Of a stretch of DNA of 64,000 bases, positions 45,105 through 53,768 are shown piece after piece (position 1 is the stretch's first letter; the number at the start of each line of letters is the position of its first letter). Origin of the DNA: an uncultured Cellvibrio sp. (GTDB lineage Bacteria; Pseudomonadota; Gammaproteobacteria; Pseudomonadales; Cellvibrionaceae); NCBI GenBank assembly GCA_965652595.1, contig CBFGWO010000004.1:3221-67220 (forward strand), written 5' to 3'. The translations under genes were made by a program, and so were the position numbers. Under the pieces are notes generated by a model. It was given only the letters and a program-made list of their open reading frames with translations. It searched no databases and was not told the origin of the DNA.

Positions 45105-45434
45105 ATGACAAGCGATGAACTGCTGGCCCCCCTGGTGACCTTCCTGGCCCAAACCCAGGACCTGCTGGCCCTGGGAGAGGCGGGTGATTGGGAGGGCTTT
45201 GCCAGCCTGTTGGAGCAACGCCAGGCGGGCCTGGCTGCCTTGGGGGATAGCCAGCAGTTGATCGCCCTGGCCAAGGCGGGCAAGGGCGAGGAAGCCGGAT
45301 TTCTGATTCAGCAAATTCAGGCGGCTAATGACCAGCTGGCCAGGCTCGCCGAAGCCAGTAAGGAAGAGCTTGGCGAACAGCTTCGCCAGGCCCTGCAAGC
45401 TGAAAAGGCGCTGGGTGCCTACAATCAAGGCTGA
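45105..45434 (+). CDS. Small helical protein, FliT-like putative flagellar export chaperone
   Basis: 109 aa with GAGGTG 6 nt upstream, starting 12 nt after the ugd stop. The GDWEGFASLLEQRQ motif and the C-terminal ...LRQALQAEKALGAYNQG resemble the Salmonella FliT pattern (GEWDLLLQQE ... KSLNNAYGRL). This is judged by eye only. Confidence 0.45.
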   Translation: MTSDELLAPLVTFLAQTQDLLALGEAGDWEGFASLLEQRQAGLAALGDSQQLIALAKAGKGEEAGFLIQQIQAANDQLARLAEASKEELGEQLRQALQAEKALGAYNQG

Positions 45435-45530
45435 GTTTTGGGGCTAGGTTGAAGCCAGCGTCGATCAATTGGCGCATTTTTTTGTCAATTTTTTGGTGTT
45501 TACTCATTGATTTGTCGTCGAATAGCTCTT

Positions 45531-45558
45531 AAAAAAGCCCCTTTTTGGGGCTTTTTGC
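45531..45558 (+). terminator. Intrinsic terminator ending the manB-ugd-ORF operon
   Basis: AAAAAAGCCCC-TTTTT-GGGGCTTTTT. Confidence 0.85.
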
Positions 45559-45618
45559 TTTATAAGGCATTGATTTATAGGGTGAATTTTGTATTTCTGT
45601 GAATTTCATCAAATCTCC

Positions 45619-45645
45619 TAAAGCTTGTCCGGTTGGTGACGATAA
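45619..45645 (+). promoter_or_regulatory. Sigma-28 (FliA) promoter of flagellin 1
   Basis: TAAAGCTT-N11-GACGATAA compared with the consensus TAAAGTTT-N11-GCCGATAA. It lies about 105 nt upstream of the ATG. Confidence 0.75.
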
Positions 45646-45751
45646 CCTTGTCAGAAGTGCTGATATCCAGGTTGTCTTCAGGCTTCATCGACCGACTTGT
45701 CACAGCAACCATAACGTCTGTGCACAGAACTAACACTTTAGGAGATCTATC

Positions 45752-47482
45752 ATGGCTCTAGTAATCAGTACCAACGTTGCTTCGATTAACGCCCAGCGTC
45801 AGTTGATGAACTCAGGCAACGCCCTTGACCGCGCTACCGAGCGTCTTTCTTCCGGTAACCGTATTAACTCCGCCAAAGACGACGCCGCCGGCCTCGCCAT
45901 TGGTAACCGCATGACCTCTCAGGTTCGCGGCCTCGACCGCGCCATCAGTAACGCTAACGATGGTGTGTCGATGATTCAAACCGCTGAAGGTGCTCTGCAA
46001 GAATCCACCAACATTCTGCAACGTATGCGAGAGCTGGCAATTCAATCGGCGAACGGTATCTATAACGATGCCGACCGTAACACCTTGAATGCTGAGGTTC
46101 AGCAACTGAAGCAAGAACTGGATCGTATTGCCCAAACTACATCGTTCAACGGTCGCGCGTTACTGGATGGTTCTCTGGGGACTACCAGCTTGCAAGTGGG
46201 CTCAATGGCTAACCAGACTATCGATGTGAAGATTGGTTCTTTTAGTACGTCTTCCTTGGGTGGTGGTTCGGGCGATATCGTTGGCGAGGCTACCGCTGGG
46301 GGCTTGGGAGACTTACAAGCCCTTGATACTGATGGCGATTTAATTATCAATGACACTGAAATCAGCGCCCTTGATGGAGCTACAACTCTGAATGAGGCCT
46401 TGGCTACTATTAATGCAGATTTGGATGGCAAAGGCGTGGTAGCAAGCTCCCTGGTTGAAGTAACTGCAGATGACATTGCGTCTGGTGTTTTGCGTGTTGG
46501 CACAGATGAGCTGACTCTTACACTGACAGACGGTGATGGCAATGCGCAAGCGTATGTTTTAACTGGTACTAACTCTATGAACGAGTTGATTGCCAAGATA
46601 AATCAAACGACAGCAATTGATGCAAAGCTCGACGAATCTGGAAAGTTGGTTTTGAGTGCTGAAGGCGCCACTTCAATTCAGGTTGGTGCTGCTGTTGGTG
46701 ATTCCTTGGAAAATACTGGCTTGACAGCAACGACAACTAACTTCTCCTTAGTCTTTACCGATACAAGTAGTGATAAACGTGGAGTGGTAATTGAGCAGGG
46801 AACAATCTCTGCTGCTGAAATTGAGGCGCTTGGTATCAATGTTCACGACGAAGATGGAAATCTTCAAGGCCTTGCTGTTGATGCTACGAACGAGGTTATT
46901 GAGGCGGGTGATTTGATTATAAATGGTATTGAAATCGGTAAAATTGAATTTGATACCAACGTGGCGACCACTCTTGCAGAGTCCGTACGAGTGATTAATG
47001 AATCGTCATCGCTTACAGGTGTAGTGGCCTACGATGCAGGCAGCTCTATAATTGGATTACGTTCTGTTAATGGCTCAGAGATATCTATTAAGTATGGCGA
47101 TAATGCCACTGATGCCGATGTGCTCGCGCTGACTGGATTGCAAGAACGTAACGCCGCATCTGGTACTGGCTCTGTAGCGAGTGTCAATGTATCGACCGCT
47201 GCGGGCGCCCAAAAAGCAATCGGAATTCTCGACAAAGCCATTGACCAGGTGAGCAGTACTCGTGCAGACCTCGGTGCTGTCAATAACCGTCTGGACTTCA
47301 CCGTATCCAACCTGGCGAACATCTCTGAGAAAACCTCGGCCGCTCGTTCACGGATTAATGATGCGGACTTCGCTGCTGAGACCGCAAACCTGAGCCGTTC
47401 GCAAGTACTGCAACAGGCAGCCACAGCGATGCTGGCCCAGTCCAATGCGCGTCCGCAGCAAGTGTTGTCACTCTTGCGGTAA
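45752..47482 (+). CDS. fliC: Flagellin, paralog 1 (large, with two flagellin-IN-like motifs in the central domain)
   Basis: 576 aa. Has the N-terminal D0/D1 sequence [18 protein letters not shown]...[11 protein letters not shown] and the C-terminal [15 protein letters not shown]...QQVLSLLR. The central domain has [12 protein letters not shown] and [13 protein letters not shown] repeats. Confidence 0.96.
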   Translation: MALVISTNVASINAQRQLMNSGNALDRATERLSSGNRINSAKDDAAGLAIGNRMTSQVRGLDRAISNANDGVSMIQTAEGALQESTNILQRMRELAIQSANGIYNDADRNTLNAEVQQLKQELDRIAQTTSFNGRALLDGSLGTTSLQVGSMANQTIDVKIGSFSTSSLGGGSGDIVGEATAGGLGDLQALDTDGDLIINDTEISALDGATTLNEALATINADLDGKGVVASSLVEVTADDIASGVLRVGTDELTLTLTDGDGNAQAYVLTGTNSMNELIAKINQTTAIDAKLDESGKLVLSAEGATSIQVGAAVGDSLENTGLTATTTNFSLVFTDTSSDKRGVVIEQGTISAAEIEALGINVHDEDGNLQGLAVDATNEVIEAGDLIINGIEIGKIEFDTNVATTLAESVRVINESSSLTGVVAYDAGSSIIGLRSVNGSEISIKYGDNATDADVLALTGLQERNAASGTGSVASVNVSTAAGAQKAIGILDKAIDQVSSTRADLGAVNNRLDFTVSNLANISEKTSAARSRINDADFAAETANLSRSQVLQQAATAMLAQSNARPQQVLSLLR

Positions 47483-47490
47483 TAGGCGCC

Positions 47491-47519
47491 AGGATCCGCC
47501 AGCGCCGCTGGCGGATCCT
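47491..47519 (+). other. GC-rich stem-loop between fliC1 and flaG (no U tract)
   Basis: AGGATCCGCCAGCG pairs with CGCTGGCGGATCCT. This could be a 3' stabiliser or partial terminator. Confidence 0.55.
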
Positions 47520-47535
47520 CATTGAGGGCTGAACC

Positions 47536-47928
47536 ATGAACGAGATCAGTAGAGCAGGGGTTAACCCCACACCGGCAAAGGCTGTGCCGGTGTCTGCCGT
47601 TTCCGGCGGCGGAAAAGCGCCTCAAGGCGGCAATGCCTTGCCGCCGCAACCGGCTCCGCCAGTTGTTGATACGCGAGAAGTTCGTGAACAGGCGGAAGCC
47701 ATACAAGCTAATGTGCGTGCTGCTGTTGCACAAATGAATGAGTATATTCAGTCAACCCAGCGGGATTTGCAGTTCAACTATGATCCTGATTCGGGCCAAA
47801 CTGTGGTGAAAGTGTTGGATCGTTCTACCCAGGAAGTGATTCGTCAAATACCCGATGAAATCTTCCTGCGGTTGGCCGAAACTCTGGGTGCCAACGAACC
47901 CATTCAACTCTTCAGTACCCGCGTTTAG
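47536..47928 (+). CDS. flaG: Flagellar protein FlaG
   Basis: 130 aa. The C-terminal DLQFNYDPDSGQTVVKVLDRSTQEVIRQIPDEIFLRLAE is the FlaG signature. Confidence 0.88.
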   Translation: MNEISRAGVNPTPAKAVPVSAVSGGGKAPQGGNALPPQPAPPVVDTREVREQAEAIQANVRAAVAQMNEYIQSTQRDLQFNYDPDSGQTVVKVLDRSTQEVIRQIPDEIFLRLAETLGANEPIQLFSTRV

Positions 47929-47950
47929 TCGTATTATTGTGAGCTTTCCA

Positions 47951-47977
47951 GGGGCGCTTCGGCGCCCCTTTTTTTAT
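47951..47977 (+). terminator. Intrinsic terminator after flaG
   Basis: AGGGGCGC-TTCG-GCGCCCCT, followed by TTTTTTT. Confidence 0.88.
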
Positions 47978-48274
47978 GGCTAATTGTTTGATTCTTAATC
48001 GTTTTTTTGCTCAAACCTTCCGCCATATCCTCCTTGTTGTTAAACCGACGTTCGCACTTTGCCGCTGTGTTGGTAACGCAATGCTGGCATTGTCTTAAGG
48101 CCATTTGCGTGTAGGCACGCTTGCCCAATCCTCGCGTTAAACATTGCTCTTTTCGGTTGGGTGCGCGTTCCTGATCTCGCGCTTTGCCGCCTGCTTCTGC
48201 CCCACTCCTATTGGGTAACTGTTGATCTTGCATCTCACCCGAATAGATTCTTGCTCCGATGGTTTTTTATTTTT

Positions 48275-48290
48275 TGGCACGCTCCGTGCA
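48275..48290 (+). promoter_or_regulatory. Sigma-54 (RpoN) promoter of flagellin 2
   Basis: TGGCACGCTCCGTGCA. The GG and GC doublets have exact -24/-12 spacing (consensus TGGCACG-N4-TTGCW). It lies about 160 nt upstream of the ATG, with a long upstream region available for an enhancer. Confidence 0.7.
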
Positions 48291-48451
48291 AAACGCCCTT
48301 CAGGCAATGAAGTCGTGAACCAAACCTCAAGCCTTGCTCGGGTTTCATACAAGCGTTGCCACGAAGTCCTATGCCGCTGTTGACAGACTTCACTTAACCG
48401 ACTTGTCACAGTGAATGCCTGTGAACAGGAAAAATCATCAGGAGACTTATC

Positions 48452-50185
48452 ATGCCTCTCGTAATTAACACCAATGTCGCGTCGCTGAATTCTCAGCGTC
48501 AACTGGTACACTCGGGTACGGCGCTTGATCGCGCAACCGAGCGCTTGGCTTCCGGGCAACGCGTTAACTCTGCAAAAGATGATGCGGCGGGCCTGGCAAT
48601 TTCCAACCGTATGACTTCGCAGATTCGCGGCCTGGATCAGGCGATTCGCAATGCTAACGACGGTGTATCTCTGGTACAAACCGCCGAAGGTGCTTTGCAG
48701 GAAGTAACCAACATGCTGCAACGGATTCGCGAGCTGTCTATCCAGTCCGCTAACGGTATCTACTCTGATGCTGATCGAAAAACGCTGAATGCGGAAGTGC
48801 AGCAATTAAAACTGGAATTAAACCGCATCGCTGAAACCACTACCTTCAATGGTCAGCCGTTGTTGGACGGTTCGCTGCGCCAAACCTCTTTGCAGGTGGG
48901 CGCACTGGCCAATCAAACGATTGATGTGAATATAGGTTCGTTCAATACCTTTTCTCTTGGAGGATCTTCAGGAGATATCGTGGGTGAGGCGACAACCGCA
49001 GGATTGACTGATCTGACTGCGTTGGCGGGTGGCGATGAGCTTATTATTAACGACACCGCGATCAGTGATCTCAGCCCCGCAAACACACTGAACGAAGCTT
49101 TGGCGATTATTAACGCCGACCTTGATGGTAAGGGTGCAGTAGCCTCCTCCATTGTCCAGGTGGTCGCGGACAATACGGGTTCGGGCATACTGCGCGCGCC
49201 GGGTGACACGCTGACCCTGGAGCTGACAGATGGCGATGGTTTGTCTCAAATCTATGTGCTGACAGGCACGAATAGTCTGCGCGAGCTGGTGGATAAAATT
49301 AATCTCGAAACCGCCGTAGAGGCGAGTTTGAATGAAAGTGGCAAACTGGTACTGACAGCTGAAGGCGCCACATCTCTGGATATCACCGATAGCACTACCG
49401 CAATCGCCTCAGGTTTTGTTGACGGGCTCACCAGTTTCTCACTGGTATTGACTGATAACAGCGTTGATCGGCGCGGTGTGACCTTTCAGGCGGGAGTAGG
49501 TCTCACAGCTGGAGAATTGGCTGCATTGGGTATTGATGTTCAGGATGCAAACGGCAATCTGCTGGGGGCAACGGTTAGCGCGGCTGCGGGTAGCTTGCTC
49601 GAAGGTGATCTGATCATCAATGGCACGACCATAGGCACTATCAACGCTGGCGCTACAGCAGACGATACGACCCTGGAGGCCATTCGTGTTATTAACGAGG
49701 CTTCGACTGAAACGGGTGTAGTCGCATTTCTCGCTCCGGGAACCACCGATCAAATCGCTTTGCGCTCCTCAAACGGCATGGAAATTTCGATCAAGTACGG
49801 CGCTACCGCAGTTCCTGCGACAGTGCTCACGTTTGTAGGCCTGCAGGAACGCAATGCCACCGAAGGTGTAGGCTCTGTCGCGGGTATAGACATCTCTACG
49901 GTCGCCGGGGCCCAGCGCGCCATTGCAATCGTCGACAAGGCGCTGGATCAGGTAAACGCCACCCGCGCCGACCTGGGTGCGGTGAATAACCGCCTGGAGT
50001 TTACCGTCTCCAACCTGGCCAACGTGTCTGAAAAGACGGCAGCTTCCCGTTCGCGCATCATCGATGCGGATTTCGCCGCCGAAACCGCCGCCCTGAGTCG
50101 CGCCCAGGTGCTGCAACAGGCGGCCACGGCGATGTTGGCCCAGTCCAACGCCCGTCCACAGGAGGTGTTGCAGTTGCTCAGATAA
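48452..50185 (+). CDS. fliC: Flagellin, paralog 2
   Basis: 577 aa. It aligns with paralog 1 over its full length, and the termini are very similar ([18 protein letters not shown]...; ...[15 protein letters not shown]...QEVLQLLR). The central domain is diverged but homologous. Confidence 0.96.
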   Translation: MPLVINTNVASLNSQRQLVHSGTALDRATERLASGQRVNSAKDDAAGLAISNRMTSQIRGLDQAIRNANDGVSLVQTAEGALQEVTNMLQRIRELSIQSANGIYSDADRKTLNAEVQQLKLELNRIAETTTFNGQPLLDGSLRQTSLQVGALANQTIDVNIGSFNTFSLGGSSGDIVGEATTAGLTDLTALAGGDELIINDTAISDLSPANTLNEALAIINADLDGKGAVASSIVQVVADNTGSGILRAPGDTLTLELTDGDGLSQIYVLTGTNSLRELVDKINLETAVEASLNESGKLVLTAEGATSLDITDSTTAIASGFVDGLTSFSLVLTDNSVDRRGVTFQAGVGLTAGELAALGIDVQDANGNLLGATVSAAAGSLLEGDLIINGTTIGTINAGATADDTTLEAIRVINEASTETGVVAFLAPGTTDQIALRSSNGMEISIKYGATAVPATVLTFVGLQERNATEGVGSVAGIDISTVAGAQRAIAIVDKALDQVNATRADLGAVNNRLEFTVSNLANVSEKTAASRSRIIDADFAAETAALSRAQVLQQAATAMLAQSNARPQEVLQLLR

Positions 50186-50194
50186 GCTGGCTCT

Positions 50195-50230
50195 GGCCCG
50201 GTCGCACAAAGCGGCGCCGGGCCTGATTTT
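50195..50230 (+). terminator. Terminator-like hairpin after fliC2
   Basis: GGCCCGGTCGC-ACAAA-GCGGCGCCGGGCC, followed by TGATTTT. Confidence 0.6.
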
Positions 50231-50234
50231 GGGC

Positions 50235-50261
50235 TAAAGTTTGAGCAGCGCTTGCCGCTAT
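50235..50261 (+). promoter_or_regulatory. Sigma-28 promoter of fliD
   Basis: TAAAGTTT-N11-GCCGCTAT is a near-perfect match to TAAAGTTT-N11-GCCGATAA. Confidence 0.75.
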
Positions 50262-50322
50262 AGAAGGTGTAAGGCCGGTTCGCCCGGCCATTTCTGCCTA
50301 AAGGCTATGCTTAATCGGGGTA

Positions 50323-52371
50323 TTGACTGTGACTACCACCAACTCACTTTCCAGCACGGGATCCAGCCTTATCGGTCGTCTGGGCAATGGATCGGGGGTG
50401 GATACAGCGGCGCTAATCCAGCAGCTGACCGAGATTTCCTCAGCACCCCAGGCCCAGCGCCTGGAGACACGCAAAACCCAACTGGAAACCCAGATCTCCG
50501 ACCTCGGCTTACTGCGCAGTTCCCTGGCCAAGGTACAAACCGCCGTTGCCGGTTTGGCCAGTCGCGATACCTTTGATGCCAAGGCGGTAGCGATTCCCGA
50601 CACCTCGCTACTGGGTATCAATAAACTGGACGCCAAAACGGCGACCGGTAATTACACCCTCAAAATCGAACAAATTGCCCAGTCCCAATCACTCAGTTCC
50701 GGCAATTTTGGCTCCATATCCGACCCCATCGGTAAAGGCACCCTGACGTTGCGCTTCGGCAGCTGGAATGCGGGCCTGGATACGTTTGATGTGAATAACA
50801 ATCGCGCGGGTGCCAGCATTGTTATTGACGACAGTAACAACACCCTGTCGGGGTTGGCGGATGCAATTAATGGGGCTGGCGTCGGTGTGCAAGCGAGTAT
50901 CGTTAGCGACGGTGCGGGCAATTTCAAACTGCTGCTCACTAACCCCTCAGGCGCCAATAACGAATTGGAAATTACTGCGACCGAAGAGCCGGGTTCGCCG
51001 GGCTTGTCGCTTTTTGATTTTAATGCAGGCGCTAAGTCCTTGGTGCAAGAGCAAGAGGGCAAAGACGCCTTGTTGCGTGTTAATGGTTTGTTGGTCGCGC
51101 GCGAGTCCAATCGCATTACCGATGTGATTCCCGGTTTGGAATTTGATCTTTTTAACAGTTCCTTGAGTGAAACGGTCAGCATTAACGTAACCGCAGATCG
51201 CAGTGTGGCGGAAACAGCTATTCGCGATTTTATTGAGGCCTACAATACATTTTTGACCGAGGTTGAACAGCTTGTTGGATTCAACACCGAAAGAAACGAA
51301 ATCGGCAGCCTGCAACGCGATCCCCTGGCAAAAAATTTGATTCAATCCCTTCGCTCGGCCATTACCGGTTCAGTGCCCGGCATCAATGATGGTTTTGATT
51401 CCCTGGCAGCATTTGGTATTCGCACCGAGTTGGACGGTACGCTGAAAATTATTGAAAACAACACCAACACGGATTTTCGCGCGGCCATGGATAACAACTT
51501 TGATAAGTTGGCCAACTTTTTTGCGCCTAAAACGGCCTCTTCGGATGGACGTATTGATGTCACTGCTTATAGTGCCCGCTCTCGGCCTGGTAGCTACGAG
51601 GTGGTAATTACTCAGGAGGCCACCAAAGGTCAGTTGATCGCCGGGCCACTGAGTTCGCTGGACACCACCGGTAAAGATTACGAGTTCACCATGACGGCGA
51701 ACGGCATTTTGGCAGCGCCCATCACCTTGCCTGCAAACAAGGTTTACGCCAACGGGCAAGAGCTGGCGTCAGAGATGCAGTCGCTGATCAATTTGGACCC
51801 CGCGCTAAAAGCAGCGGGCGCCAGTGTCAATGTGACTTTCAACTCGGATACCAGTCAGCTGGAATTTACCTCCACCGCTTTTGGTGCCAACAGTCGTGTT
51901 GAAATCATGGCAGTAGGTGCGGACGCGGCAGAGCTGGGTTTAAGTGTGGGGGCGGGTACGGCGGGAACCGATGTGGCGGGTACCGTTGATGGCGTAGCGG
52001 CTTTTGGTTTTGGCAATGTGCTCCTGCCAGCCATTGGTAGCCCCGCGGAAGGTCTCAGCATGATGATTGCACCTGGCGCCACCACCGCTACCATCAATTT
52101 TTCCCGTGGTTTGGCGGGTCAGCTCGAGAACCTGGTAAACGACTTTGTTAAAAATGCCGGTTTGATTCGTGACCGTGAGACCAATATTGGTAAAGATCTG
52201 GAACGTGTGGAAGAGGATCAACAGGCGTTGGATAGGCGCACAGAAGCTTATCGTGCTCGTTTGCAAGCGCAGTTTTTAGCGATGGAGTCTATTGTGCGCA
52301 GCCTGAATTCCACCGGTTCATTTCTGGATGGTTTGGCCGACAGGCTACCCTTTACGGCTAAGCAAGGTTAA
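50323..52371 (+). CDS. fliD: Flagellar filament cap protein (HAP2)
   Basis: 682 aa. Contains GSGVDTAALIQQLTEISSAPQAQRLETRKTQLETQISDLGLLRSSL and a C-terminal coiled coil (RAEAYRARLQAQFLAMESIV). The start is TTG at 50323 or GTG at 50329. Confidence 0.92.
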   Translation: MTVTTTNSLSSTGSSLIGRLGNGSGVDTAALIQQLTEISSAPQAQRLETRKTQLETQISDLGLLRSSLAKVQTAVAGLASRDTFDAKAVAIPDTSLLGINKLDAKTATGNYTLKIEQIAQSQSLSSGNFGSISDPIGKGTLTLRFGSWNAGLDTFDVNNNRAGASIVIDDSNNTLSGLADAINGAGVGVQASIVSDGAGNFKLLLTNPSGANNELEITATEEPGSPGLSLFDFNAGAKSLVQEQEGKDALLRVNGLLVARESNRITDVIPGLEFDLFNSSLSETVSINVTADRSVAETAIRDFIEAYNTFLTEVEQLVGFNTERNEIGSLQRDPLAKNLIQSLRSAITGSVPGINDGFDSLAAFGIRTELDGTLKIIENNTNTDFRAAMDNNFDKLANFFAPKTASSDGRIDVTAYSARSRPGSYEVVITQEATKGQLIAGPLSSLDTTGKDYEFTMTANGILAAPITLPANKVYANGQELASEMQSLINLDPALKAAGASVNVTFNSDTSQLEFTSTAFGANSRVEIMAVGADAAELGLSVGAGTAGTDVAGTVDGVAAFGFGNVLLPAIGSPAEGLSMMIAPGATTATINFSRGLAGQLENLVNDFVKNAGLIRDRETNIGKDLERVEEDQQALDRRTEAYRARLQAQFLAMESIVRSLNSTGSFLDGLADRLPFTAKQG

Positions 52372-52379
52372 TCGATATC

Positions 52380-52404
52380 AAGCCGCCATCGGGCGGCTTT
52401 TTCT
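52380..52404 (+). terminator. Intrinsic terminator after fliD
   Basis: AGCCGCC-ATCG-GGCGGCT, followed by TTTTTC. Confidence 0.8.
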
Positions 52405-52415
52405 TCACAAGATTC

Positions 52416-52442
52416 TAAAGATGCTCGCGCGAATGCCGCTAA
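52416..52442 (+). promoter_or_regulatory. Sigma-28 promoter of fliS
   Basis: TAAAGATG-N11-GCCGCTAA, about 50 nt upstream of the fliS ATG at 52493. Confidence 0.75.
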
Positions 52443-52492
52443 GTTGGTAACTGCGCAACTTGCGCCTCACTGGCATAACAACGGGTAAAACA

Positions 52493-52888
52493 ATGAACGC
52501 TTATCAGGCTGCACAAAATTACTCTTCGTTGAAAGTTCATTCAGGTGTTGAAACCGCCTCTCCCCACCGCTTGATTCAGATGTTGTTTGAGGGCGCGTTG
52601 GAGCGCATTGCTCAGGCCAAGGGTGCAATGCAGCAAAAGCAAGTGGCGCGCAAGGGTGAACTGATCGGCAAGGCGATCAATATTGTTGGCGGTCTTCAGG
52701 GTAGCCTCAACGATAAGGAAGGTGGAGACCTGGCGCTTAATCTTGATAGCCTTTATGACTATATTATTCGCCGCCTGATGCAAGCCAATTATGAAAACGA
52801 CGCGGCCATGTTGGATGAGTGCGGACGCCTTTTGGGCGAATTGAAAAGCGCCTGGGATGCTATCGGCGATCAGGCGACTGCATCATGA
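52493..52888 (+). CDS. fliS: Flagellin-specific export chaperone FliS (paralog 1)
   Basis: 131 aa from the ATG at 52493. Contains VETASPHRLIQMLFEGALERI and LDSLYDYIIRRL motifs. Confidence 0.92.
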   Translation: MNAYQAAQNYSSLKVHSGVETASPHRLIQMLFEGALERIAQAKGAMQQKQVARKGELIGKAINIVGGLQGSLNDKEGGDLALNLDSLYDYIIRRLMQANYENDAAMLDECGRLLGELKSAWDAIGDQATAS

Positions 52889-53163
52889 GTGTTCAACTGT
52901 TACCCGATCCAGATTATTGCGGACTTGCCGGTTTGGATTTACTGCGCGATTTACAGGCGGCAATGCTGACGGCTTTGGCCGATCAAAACTGGCACAGATT
53001 GCAGCAGCTGGATATCAGTGCCGGTGTCCTGGTTGATAAGGTGATTGCAGCCAATCGCCACACCCAAATCCCCGCACTGATTGATGTATTGACCGAGCTG
53101 AAAAGTGTGTATGCCTGTCTGCTGCGCCAGTGCCACGAGAAAGCAACTTCCCTCGCTGTTTAA
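52885..53163 (+). CDS. Small helical protein in the FliT position (FliT/FleP-like)
   Basis: 92 aa. Its ATG overlaps the fliS stop as ATGA. It has a DQNWHRLQQLD motif like the [DE]W-containing FliT helix. The assignment rests mainly on position. Confidence 0.5.
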   Translation: MSVQLLPDPDYCGLAGLDLLRDLQAAMLTALADQNWHRLQQLDISAGVLVDKVIAANRHTQIPALIDVLTELKSVYACLLRQCHEKATSLAV

Positions 53164-53210
53164 TTTGCTGTTAACCTTGTGCATCGCCAACAGCAAATGA
53201 GGGGACAATC

Positions 53211-53600
53211 GTGCCAAATTACAACTCCCACGAAGCCTTAAAACAATACCGCCAGGCCGGGCTTGAAGCGGAGGTTTCCACCGCATCTCCTCATCGCTTG
53301 ATTCAATTGCTGTTTGCCGGTGCCTTGGATCGCATCGCCGTGGCCCAGGGTGCTATGGAAAGAGGGGATATAGCCCTCAAGGGTGAGCAGCTGGGCAAGG
53401 CCATTGATATAGTGTCCGGTTTGCGCGCCAGCCTTGATATGAATGTGCCCGGCGATTTGCCCGCAAATCTTGATCAGCTGTATGAATATATGGAGCTGCG
53501 TTTGTTTCAAGGCTCTGCCAAAAATGATGCTGCGGCCCTCGCCGAGGTATCCGAACTCCTCAAAACCCTCAAATCCGGCTGGGATGAGATCGCGCCCTAG
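53211..53600 (+). CDS. fliS: FliS paralog 2
   Basis: 129 aa with a GTG start and GAGGGG upstream. VSTASPHRLIQLLFAGALDRI and LDQLYEYMELRL motifs make it clearly homologous to the upstream FliS. Confidence 0.9.
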   Translation: MPNYNSHEALKQYRQAGLEAEVSTASPHRLIQLLFAGALDRIAVAQGAMERGDIALKGEQLGKAIDIVSGLRASLDMNVPGDLPANLDQLYEYMELRLFQGSAKNDAAALAEVSELLKTLKSGWDEIAP

Positions 53601-53768
53601 TCCGTCATAAATTTGACTGCTTATAACTCCTGGTCTATTACTTATTGACGCCAGTCACCCCCTTGACACTATTTTTTTGAATTCTACCTATTGAACTATC
53701 CCCTTATTGCCCGGTGTACCTGGGCAATAGGCTGGGTAAAAACAGCATAAAACAAGGTCTCTCGCAGT

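Noticed and set aside
43938-45428. A 496-aa ORF on the minus strand covering the whole of ugd and the FliT-like ORF.
   Set aside because: It is exactly antisense to a very well supported ugd gene. The translation is low-information (rich in L, G, R, H, Q and V, with no motifs) and there is no RBS. This is a typical shadow ORF. The same reasoning applies to 378-1406 (antisense leuC), 12117-12833 (antisense accD), 15882-16637 (antisense purF), 30987-31940 (antisense nqrB/C), 40318-40869, 47029-47733 and 48137-48805.
48041-48068. A possible second FliA-type box (TAAA-N16-GCCGCTGT) far upstream of fliC2.
   Set aside because: The spacer is one nt too long and the -10 matches only GCCG-T. It lies about 390 nt from the ATG. 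It is much weaker than the three other sigma-28 boxes, so I did not call it.
47934-48233. A 99-aa basic ORF on the minus strand in the flaG-fliC2 intergenic region.
   Set aside because: Its only SD-like sequence abuts the ATG with no spacing, and it runs through the flaG terminator. Its composition is junk-like. The long gap is better explained as the enhancer/leader region of a sigma-54 promoter.
50241-50636. ORFs 50241-50576 (plus strand) and 50298-50636 (minus strand) around the fliD start.
   Set aside because: They overlap the sigma-28 promoter and the well-supported fliD N-terminus, and have no motifs or RBS.
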